Made by a program: the position numbers and the translations under genes. The notes under the pieces are model-generated. The model did not search any database. It was not told the DNA's origin and saw only the letters and a list, made by a program, of their open reading frames with translations. Shown in pieces: positions 39,819-47,853 of a stretch of 64,000 nt of DNA (position 1 is its first letter; every line of letters starts with the position of its first letter). The stretch covers positions 28,667-92,666 of the forward strand of contig CAZWXI010000002.1 in NCBI GenBank assembly GCA_964637845.1, read 5' to 3'. Source of the stretch: an uncultured Hyphomicrobiales bacterium. GTDB taxonomy: Bacteria; Bacteroidota; Ignavibacteria; Kapaibacteriales; UBA2268.

Positions 39819-40973
39819 CTAATCGAGTTGTTTCAAATGCTTTTTTAAATTGCCGAAACTATTTACCAAAACGAGTGTAAAAATAGCCAAAATAAATCCC
39901 CCAAAAGTAGCTCCTGCAACAATGGACATTCTTTTTGGTTTCTCCTTTCTATCAGCTGGGATAGCCTCATCTAAAACTAACAGCTTTTTTACTTTTTTGA
40001 TTTCATCAAGTCGGGCTCTTTCTATCATTGGTAACAAAAATACCTTAACTTTAGAATATGTTTCAAACTCAGTGAACAGACGCATAAATTCAATACCTTC
40101 TTCTGCTGCACTTTCAATAGTAAAATTACCCGCAAATCCCGGTTTATTCGTTATTTCGGCAACTTTGCTTTTAGTTTGGTCTTTTATTGTTTTAATTGAT
40201 TGGGTTATATGGTCAAATTCACCTAAGTATGATTTGTAGTATTCATATGCGATTTCGTTTTTAATCTCCTCAGCTTTTAAGTCCGATAATGCCTTGCTGA
40301 TTGAAGCCGCTTGGTCTGTGGGAGAGAAAATTAAAGTCCTTCTTGAGAACTTTTCTAAAGTATCTGCAATGAATCTAATTGTTGAGTCAATATTCTTTAT
40401 TTGCTTATTCATGTACTCCAAATTGAAAGCCGCTTCCTCATTAAATAATCTAGTAGCCAAATCATTTGTTATTTCACCGATTCTGTTTGCCATTTTTGCG
40501 GCTCTATGAGGGTCTTCATCAAGAACGCTTACTGTATAATTACCTTCTTTTTCGTAAGTAATATCCACATTTTTAGATAATCTTTTTCTTATTTTGGACA
40601 TCATCGTATCAGGGATATCGTAAACTTTTGCAAGTTCAAATTCTCGAATAATGCTGTCCAATACAGTCCGACTTTGCAAAACAACAATTAATGAATAGCC
40701 TTCTCCGGTTTGCCCTGAAAGTTTAGTTAAGCCAAAGTCTCGCAAGGTAGAAGATATCGTCCCCATTGCATTGCCCATCATGTTTTCATTAGACTGCGGA
40801 GGCACTAAATTTGCTGTTGACATATATTGATTTGGTATCAGTAAAGATATTCCTACAGAAGAAATCGAAACAGTAAAAGTAAAAATGATGATATACCATT
40901 TATGCTTTAGAAGAAATGCTAAAAACTTAACCGTAGAGAACTCGTCTTTATATGGACTAATATCATTTGACAT
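39819..40973 (-). CDS. Polysaccharide chain-length determinant (Wzz / PCP family) protein
   Basis: N-terminal FLAFLLKHKWYIIIFTFTVSISSVGISLLIPNQYMSTANLVPP (Wzz domain pattern), a long helical periplasmic region, and a C-terminal TM helix IVAGATFGGFILAIFTLVLV. Confidence 0.7.
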   Translation of the reverse strand: MSNDISPYKDEFSTVKFLAFLLKHKWYIIIFTFTVSISSVGISLLIPNQYMSTANLVPPQSNENMMGNAMGTISSTLRDFGLTKLSGQTGEGYSLIVVLQSRTVLDSIIREFELAKVYDIPDTMMSKIRKRLSKNVDITYEKEGNYTVSVLDEDPHRAAKMANRIGEITNDLATRLFNEEAAFNLEYMNKQIKNIDSTIRFIADTLEKFSRRTLIFSPTDQAASISKALSDLKAEEIKNEIAYEYYKSYLGEFDHITQSIKTIKDQTKSKVAEITNKPGFAGNFTIESAAEEGIEFMRLFTEFETYSKVKVFLLPMIERARLDEIKKVKKLLVLDEAIPADRKEKPKRMSIVAGATFGGFILAIFTLVLVNSFGNLKKHLKQLD

Positions 40974-41024
40974 AATTTTCGATTTTGTTGTTGATACAAA
41001 CCTCTAAAATATACTATTTGTCAC

Positions 41025-42794
41025 TTATTTTAAAGGACTTTTAATAATCGGTGGTTTTCTGTAGTCCCTATCGCTACTTCGTATTTCAATGTCTTCAAAC
41101 AATAAATCTCCCGATACTATCGAGACTCCGAGATATTGGTCCCCGCCACTTATAAACGGAGATATTACTGCCGGTGCCAAATGATTATGAACGTAGTAGT
41201 TATTGCCAACTAACAGAATGTCTTTAAATGACTGAACGGTTGCTCCCACCAAATCACCACCGCGAATGAGTTCTCTTTTACCATCCGGAAATACTTTATA
41301 TGCTTCAACTATGGTGATTGAATTTTGGCTCATTGATGGTTGATATACTCCATATGCTATCCTGAATAATCCGGTAAACAAAATATTTTGGTTTAACAAC
41401 TTTGTAATCACTACTCCGTATGGTAATTCGCGTGCTTTACATAATTCCATCATGCGGTTAATCAGCGAATCAGTAGTGACTTTGTGGGTCGCCTCAGATT
41501 TCAAAATTAAATTTGAAAGCATTGCCGAGCCACCTCGTTTGTGACCATTTGATTGTTTAACTCTGCGGGTCGGTATCCGTTCGGATAAAAGATTTTTCAA
41601 ATATCCCTTCTCAACAAGATTTACTACCTGTGATTTTAATCCGTCGCCATCGAATTCAAATGAACCAATGAGAGGTGTGTTGTGGAGTTTCGGGATTGTC
41701 GGGTCAGCTTGAATACTTAGGAATTCAGGTAAAACTCTTCCACCGATTTTATTCTGAAAAGATCCGAATCTGTCATTAAATGCAGTTCCGCCTTCAGCTA
41801 ATGGGGCCCTTTGCGTAACGAAATTTGGTGCAAAAACCTGAGCAATCAATTCCCATGCTGCTTGTCCAGAAAACAACACAGGACCAGAATAAGAATCATC
41901 TAATGAAGTTATTTTGGTTAAATCATCTAATACTTTTGCTGTATTTTTGACAGCACTGATTAGTGAGTCCTCTTCGGGGAAATCATTCGGAGATTTTACT
42001 AAGGATGTATAAAAATTTGTCAGATGCATTCCGTCGGGAGCTTGTGCAAAGGCGACTACCTCCAGTCCAGCATATATATCATTTCTTACGTATTCTGTCC
42101 CTTCACTGTTTACGTAAAAGATCTTTTCCGGTAAATATTCAATTCCTACTGTAGAATTAATTATGTTCGAATATTCTCTGAAGATGCTGGATAATTTTTT
42201 GGACAAATTTTCAAATTTAACTTTATCAAAATTGGGTATTTCAATATATGAAGCATTCTTCGTCGGTGGAACTTCAATAAAATCTGGAATTGTATCGCGG
42301 CGCATTAAATTCTTTAGGATTGCTTCCTTTTTTGAGTAAAGTTCTGCGGCTTGCTTGTATGCGGCATCAGTAGCAAGCCAAAGCTCGCGTCTTAATGTCG
42401 CATAATCTAATTCAACCGGTATTTGCCGATTGCGGAAATTTTCTTCGTCGTCACTACTTCCGAAAAAGCTTAATCCTACATCAAAAAAATTTGTGTTGTC
42501 GAATTGATAGCTGCCGACTCTAACTCCGACGTTTAAAAGCGCATATCGAATATAATTAGATTCTGATAGCAAGCCGTAATCGGATTTGATATTATAAACA
42601 TCTCTTATCCTTAACGTGTATTCGATGTAGTATGGCTCTCGGACAGATTCAAGCCTTAGTTTATTCATCGAGCGGTTCAACTCATCTCGTAAAGCTTCGA
42701 GAATTCGAGTGTCCTTGTCGTGCTTGTTAATAATTGCAAACGAATTAATAATATTTACAGCAAAAACCATCAATATTAATATGTTTCTGAGCAT
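41025..42794 (-). CDS. TldD/PmbA-family protein with signal peptide, lacking the HExxxH site (TldE/PmbA-like partner)
   Basis: Collinear with the neighbouring 572-aa paralog (shared blocks YY(I/F)(E/S)Y, (R/V)(V/L)G.YQFDNT, (F/Y).FD(G/D)(D/E)G(L/I)K, SNGH.R). At the position of the metal site it has AQVFAPNFVTQRAP instead. N-terminal signal MLRNILILMVFAVNIINSFA. Confidence 0.7.
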   Translation of the reverse strand: MLRNILILMVFAVNIINSFAIINKHDKDTRILEALRDELNRSMNKLRLESVREPYYIEYTLRIRDVYNIKSDYGLLSESNYIRYALLNVGVRVGSYQFDNTNFFDVGLSFFGSSDDEENFRNRQIPVELDYATLRRELWLATDAAYKQAAELYSKKEAILKNLMRRDTIPDFIEVPPTKNASYIEIPNFDKVKFENLSKKLSSIFREYSNIINSTVGIEYLPEKIFYVNSEGTEYVRNDIYAGLEVVAFAQAPDGMHLTNFYTSLVKSPNDFPEEDSLISAVKNTAKVLDDLTKITSLDDSYSGPVLFSGQAAWELIAQVFAPNFVTQRAPLAEGGTAFNDRFGSFQNKIGGRVLPEFLSIQADPTIPKLHNTPLIGSFEFDGDGLKSQVVNLVEKGYLKNLLSERIPTRRVKQSNGHKRGGSAMLSNLILKSEATHKVTTDSLINRMMELCKARELPYGVVITKLLNQNILFTGLFRIAYGVYQPSMSQNSITIVEAYKVFPDGKRELIRGGDLVGATVQSFKDILLVGNNYYVHNHLAPAVISPFISGGDQYLGVSIVSGDLLFEDIEIRSSDRDYRKPPIIKSPLK

Positions 42795-42811
42795 TAATTT
42801 TTCCGTATTTG

Positions 42812-44530
42812 TTAATTAGCTTTGGTTGATAAAACAGGGGATTCCAAAATCGGCGGTTTTGCTTGAGACTTCTGTTTTTTTTGAACTTCTATCGTGCTTA
42901 CAAGCAAGCTCGGAGAGCATGCAGATACAGGGACGCCACCTGATTCCGCACCACAAATACCATTGAAAATGCTCATGTCATCTGCGGTCGCCAATATGTT
43001 AGAAAATGTAGTAAGTGGTGTGCCGATTAAATCTACTCCGCGTACAAGCTCATCGGGTCTGCCGTCTGCATAAACTTTATATACTACAAGTGGCGTAACG
43101 TTGAATGCGTTCGGTATTGTTCTCGCCGTAAATGTAAATCCACCCGATACTTCACCGAACAATAAACCATACTCTTTGTCTTGCTTTTTGATTTCTTCCC
43201 GCAACATTTCTCGCAACTTTGCTTGCGATACAGTTTTTGTCGAAGCTACAATCATGTTAGATTGTCTTGAAACAACCTGGAAACCTTGCTGTCTCCTTCC
43301 GTGGCCATTCGAGTTTGCGAAACCCTCAATCGGCGAACGCGACATCAAAAAGTTACTGAAAACACCGTTTGCAACAGTTACAACTCTTTCGCCTTTTATT
43401 CCTTCGTCATCAAATTTGTAATATCCTGAGAGAGGTACACCGTTTAGTACATTTTTTGTAGGGTCGAATGTTACACTTATGAAATCTGGAAGAATCTTTC
43501 TGCCAACTGAACGCTTAAAAGTTTGGCTCGAATTGGGATCCTTTTCACGATGACCTTCAACACGGTGCCCGAATATTTCATGGAAAAAGACACCTGCGGC
43601 TTCTCCCGTCAAAATTGCTGGACCGGTAAAAGTTTCTGCCATTGGCGCATTGCGTAGTTCATTCAGCAAACGCATCATCTCATCAATATCAGCTAAAATT
43701 TGATTTCTACTTGGCAGTTCATCGGCAGTGAAAGCAAAATAGCTCCGATATAAAGGCAATGTCATACCGTCGTCAGCTTTTGTATAGGCATTTACAAAAA
43801 TTCTGGCAGATGTCTCCGACCAATTTAATTTGCTGCCTTCGGTATTTACAAAATACTTATGCTTTATTTCAGTATTTAATCTTACAGATGAGCCGTAAAT
43901 ATATGGATGACTGCTAAATGCTGAGGATAATTCCCTAATTACGTTAGCCCATTTTGCGGTATCTAATTCAAATGACTGTTTCGGCCCCGAGTAAATTATA
44001 GGTTTTTCTCTCGAAAAATCAGCCGATGTATCCTCTTCGGCAACTTTTACCGCTTTATTGGTAATAGCTTTCTCGTATCTTTCGCTTGCGGCTTTGTATC
44101 TTCGATCGGTTGCGAACCATATCATTTTTCTAAGAGCTTCTTCGTCACTTTCTAGCGGCAGTGAAACTAAACCTCCGCCGCTACCGAAATTGAGCGGATT
44201 TCCGCGAATTATATGTGTATTGTCGAATTGATAATCACCCACGCGTAAATCTATATCTAAAACTCTCGTACGGTTTCGAGCATTAGTCAATATTTTGCCG
44301 AAAACCGCTACTATTGTATGATTATCAACATCAGTCACATTATATGAAATGAAGTAAGGAGGAAATTCCTGGTACTTCAGTTCATTCATGCTTCTTACTA
44401 ATTCTGTTTGCATAGCTTTGAATAGGGTGTCATCGGCATAACTTACATTAGCTGCCATGCTCATAAAAGCTATTAATGAAAGAATTTTCTTCATTTTGAA
44501 ATCCAAATTATTTAATTTAATTTTGTTCAT
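42812..44530 (-). CDS. TldD-like zinc metallopeptidase with signal peptide
   Basis: FFHEIFGHRVEGHRE (HExxxH plus downstream His, as in TldD). Signal peptide MKKILSLIAFMSMAANVSYA if the start is ATG 44494; the track start at 44530 would overlap the upstream gene by 14 nt. Confidence 0.8.
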   Translation of the reverse strand: MNKIKLNNLDFKMKKILSLIAFMSMAANVSYADDTLFKAMQTELVRSMNELKYQEFPPYFISYNVTDVDNHTIVAVFGKILTNARNRTRVLDIDLRVGDYQFDNTHIIRGNPLNFGSGGGLVSLPLESDEEALRKMIWFATDRRYKAASERYEKAITNKAVKVAEEDTSADFSREKPIIYSGPKQSFELDTAKWANVIRELSSAFSSHPYIYGSSVRLNTEIKHKYFVNTEGSKLNWSETSARIFVNAYTKADDGMTLPLYRSYFAFTADELPSRNQILADIDEMMRLLNELRNAPMAETFTGPAILTGEAAGVFFHEIFGHRVEGHREKDPNSSQTFKRSVGRKILPDFISVTFDPTKNVLNGVPLSGYYKFDDEGIKGERVVTVANGVFSNFLMSRSPIEGFANSNGHGRRQQGFQVVSRQSNMIVASTKTVSQAKLREMLREEIKKQDKEYGLLFGEVSGGFTFTARTIPNAFNVTPLVVYKVYADGRPDELVRGVDLIGTPLTTFSNILATADDMSIFNGICGAESGGVPVSACSPSLLVSTIEVQKKQKSQAKPPILESPVLSTKAN

Positions 44531-46610
44531 TTTTTGTTACTCGCTGAACGAACATTTCTGTTATTGCCATCAGTAATGCAAGTATTAAGAATAGCTGCCA
44601 AAGTTCAGTTCCTATTCTTGCTTTATATAGTCCTTCGCTTAAATTATCAATATCATCAATTATCGATAAACGATTCTCGGCAAATCTTGCTGATACTTTC
44701 TCTTTGATTTTATTGACTTCAGCGCCGCCTATTTCAGATTCGGTGCTATTATGATTGACGGATAATTGTGTAATAAAGTTACCTTTCTCATCAAAAATCT
44801 GATATAAACCCTTTAGGGTTAAATTATCCAGTGATACAAAACTCCCCGATGGCAGAATTACTGCTTCTCTGAAAAATTCATTATCCTGAGGGTCAATAAT
44901 TCTGAACCTGCTTGTACCTATAAACCGCTTAGGAATGATTATGTTGACAGGCTCTCCGATTGACGCTTCAATGGCTTTATCCGATGATGATGTCAGAAGT
45001 ATGGTTGCACGATGAATTAATGGGGGAAATATCCCGACATATGGGAAATCGCTCCATTGAGTATTTGGTGTAACCGAAAAATAAAAAAGTTTCCCATCGC
45101 CCAATTCATTTTCTACGAGAAATACCCCATCAGTAGATTTTATTATAGTTCTACCACCGTCAACTTTTACGGAGCGATATATTTTAGGTGATTCTATCGA
45201 GCGTGATAAGTCTTCGTCGCGTTTGAATACATTTTCGAAGATAGGGTGCTCGGTCTCAACGATGGTGAATTTGCCGGGTGCATTACTTTCGAACCTTATT
45301 TCATTTGCTGAGCCAAGTCCCAATTTATTTGTAAAGTAACTCATATCAGCTATTTCCGCGGTATTTACAGGGAAAATAATAGCAGTACCGCCATTCTCAA
45401 TATATTGAACCGTTCTATCCAGATTATTTCGTAAATAATCACCTCCCGCTAATATAACTAAATCATAAGATGGTAGGTTCTGCGATGCATATAGTTGAGG
45501 TGCTACAACAGTCAAATTAATTTCATTGTTTGCATCGGACGCTTTTATGACATTTTCAATAAAAAATACGTCAGATTGCTCGCCGGACAACAAAATTCTT
45601 GGTGATTCAGGGATGTTAAAACCGAAATAATATGAATTGTCAAAATCCAAGGCGTCATTTTCGGTAACAACAACACCTTTAACAGGTCCTCGCGACTGCG
45701 GGGGTGCGGCTATTGTGGCGTTAATCGAACTGTTTGCAGGGATATCAATTGCACGTTGAGCAACTCTTTGCTCGTTAAATAACATGCTGATTACGGCTCC
45801 TTTTATATCAGAGTTTGAACTGTTTCGTATAACGGCTTCTATTTCAATGGGGCGATTGGGAATGAAAATACTACTCAAAACATTTAGCGAGTCAATACTT
45901 AGATTATTTAATGAGACCTTAGAATTCGTGCCGATTGGTACCAAAAAAGCATTTATTGCAGGGTCTTTGATTTTTATTGAATCATATTCCGGGGTTTCAA
46001 ATACATTTGATTGAAAATCCGAAATAATAAAAATCTCTTTGTTAAGATTTTTTGCGTCGTCCATGATGATTTGAGCGAACTTCAAGCTATTATTTAAGTT
46101 TGCAGGCATAGAGCTAATCTGCATTCCGGATAATGTAGATTCGATAAGTTCGCGGCTTGTGGCAAATCTGTTTAACAAATCGAATTGATTCCCGGTCATT
46201 TCTATAAGTGCTATCTCGTCACCTTCGTTCAAATTGTCGAGTATTTTACGGACGGAATTTTTGGCTTGATTTAATCTGTTTCCGAACTCATCGGAAACTT
46301 CCATACTGTAGGAATTATCCACGATTATAACTATGCTGGACTTGGCATAAGATTCAAAAAATGGAAATGAACCTTGTATCGTAGGCCTAGCAAAAGCTAA
46401 GACCACAAATACTATCAGTAAAGTTCTCAGAATAAGCAATAGAATCTGCTTTAACTTTAATTTTCGAATTTTTGTCTTTTGAAGCTCTTTGATAAATTTA
46501 AGAGTAGAGAACTCAACGGTTTTAAGCTTTCTCAGGTTGAGCAGATGCAATAATACTGGGATCCCGGCGGCTACAAGTCCGATTAGTATTAAAGGATTTA
46601 AAAAATTCAT
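44517..46610 (-). CDS. BatA-type membrane protein: N-terminal double-TM domain, vWA domain, large extracytoplasmic region, C-terminal TM
   Basis: MNFLNPLILIGLVAAGIPVLLHLLNLRK is the characteristic aerotolerance-type N-terminal double-TM opening. vWA MIDAS context IVIIVDNSYSM. C-terminal helix LWQLFLILALLMAITEMFV. Confidence 0.7.
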   Translation of the reverse strand: MNFLNPLILIGLVAAGIPVLLHLLNLRKLKTVEFSTLKFIKELQKTKIRKLKLKQILLLILRTLLIVFVVLAFARPTIQGSFPFFESYAKSSIVIIVDNSYSMEVSDEFGNRLNQAKNSVRKILDNLNEGDEIALIEMTGNQFDLLNRFATSRELIESTLSGMQISSMPANLNNSLKFAQIIMDDAKNLNKEIFIISDFQSNVFETPEYDSIKIKDPAINAFLVPIGTNSKVSLNNLSIDSLNVLSSIFIPNRPIEIEAVIRNSSNSDIKGAVISMLFNEQRVAQRAIDIPANSSINATIAAPPQSRGPVKGVVVTENDALDFDNSYYFGFNIPESPRILLSGEQSDVFFIENVIKASDANNEINLTVVAPQLYASQNLPSYDLVILAGGDYLRNNLDRTVQYIENGGTAIIFPVNTAEIADMSYFTNKLGLGSANEIRFESNAPGKFTIVETEHPIFENVFKRDEDLSRSIESPKIYRSVKVDGGRTIIKSTDGVFLVENELGDGKLFYFSVTPNTQWSDFPYVGIFPPLIHRATILLTSSSDKAIEASIGEPVNIIIPKRFIGTSRFRIIDPQDNEFFREAVILPSGSFVSLDNLTLKGLYQIFDEKGNFITQLSVNHNSTESEIGGAEVNKIKEKVSARFAENRLSIIDDIDNLSEGLYKARIGTELWQLFLILALLMAITEMFVQRVTKNEQN

Positions 46611-46695
46611 CTATTCTTTTGTGTTCGTTCTATCATTAATTTCTAATAGACGAATTATTTAGCTGAAATTATAAAATGGATATAGATATACATGA

Positions 46696-47826
46696 CTAAA
46701 TTATTGTTCGTTCGTAGACACGGTACCTTTTATAAATTTTACCGTTCATTGACATTGTTAGTCCTTTGTTCATCATGTCATTGTCTTCCAAAATCCACGA
46801 TGCCTCTGCATCCGGCATATTTAATTGATTGGCTCGTTCGCCGGATTCGTAATATAATACTGCGTCTAAGCCATGTCTTTGATATTCCGGCAAAATACCC
46901 AAAACAATTATTCGTAAGCGATTGATTTGCTTTTTCTTTGTTAAAAGATGCCAAACGGCTCCGAGCATACCACCGTTCTTATTATGCTTGAATACTTGGT
47001 TCAAGTCCGGCAATGCCAAATGAAATCCAACTGGAACCCCATTTGATTCGATTATAAATACTAACTTAGGATTAGCCACGGGTTTTAAATCTGTAGCGAG
47101 AAAATCAAACTCCTCATCGGTCATCCTGACATAACCCCAGTTGGGTTCCCATGCTCTATTATAAATTTCCTTTAAAGTATTGATGTCTTCACGGAACTGA
47201 ACTTTATCTTTAAAATTCACATCTCTGACATTTACTTTATAACGCTCTCTTATTAACCATTGTAACTTTTTAAGCTTCTCGGTAGCATAATCTTGATATC
47301 GCAGCTTGTATGCATATAAATCTTTAGCTTTTACGAAACCGGCTTTTTCTATCAATTCAGGGTAGTACCGCGGATTGTATGCCATCAGCACTTGTGGACT
47401 GTCATCGAAACCGTCTATTAATGTTCCGATTTCATCATTTACGGAAGGATTAAGTGGCCCTCTGATATGAGTCAAACCTCTTGATTTGAGCCATGCTGAT
47501 GCTTCATTGAATAAAACGTTCGCTATCTCGACATCATCCACACATTCAAAAAAGCCGAAAAATCCAACCTTGTCTTTATGTATAATATTATGATTATCGT
47601 TTTTAATAGAGGCTATCCTACCGAGAATTTCACCATTACTTTCAACCATCAACATCTCGATTTCAGCATGTTTGAAAAATGGATTACGATTTGTACTCAA
47701 CAACTTAATTCTATCTGCAATGATTGGTGGTACGAAATACGGGTCATTTTTATAGAAGTTCCATTGAGATTTGACAAATTTGACCAAACTTACTTTCGAG
47801 TCTACTCTTATGACATTCACATTCAT
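46696..47826 (-). CDS. GNAT-superfamily N-acetyltransferase-like protein (about 375-aa FCB-group family)
   Basis: N-terminal pattern FVKSQWNFYKNDPYFVPPI...NPFFKHAEIEMLMVESNGEILGRIA and HIRGPLNPSVNDEIGTLIDGFD recalls the family annotated as GNAT N-acetyltransferase in Bacteroidota. Recognition is from memory only. Confidence 0.55.
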   Translation of the reverse strand: MNVNVIRVDSKVSLVKFVKSQWNFYKNDPYFVPPIIADRIKLLSTNRNPFFKHAEIEMLMVESNGEILGRIASIKNDNHNIIHKDKVGFFGFFECVDDVEIANVLFNEASAWLKSRGLTHIRGPLNPSVNDEIGTLIDGFDDSPQVLMAYNPRYYPELIEKAGFVKAKDLYAYKLRYQDYATEKLKKLQWLIRERYKVNVRDVNFKDKVQFREDINTLKEIYNRAWEPNWGYVRMTDEEFDFLATDLKPVANPKLVFIIESNGVPVGFHLALPDLNQVFKHNKNGGMLGAVWHLLTKKKQINRLRIIVLGILPEYQRHGLDAVLYYESGERANQLNMPDAEASWILEDNDMMNKGLTMSMNGKIYKRYRVYERTII

Positions 47827-47853
47827 GATTTAACGATTTATCTCTTTAAAAAA

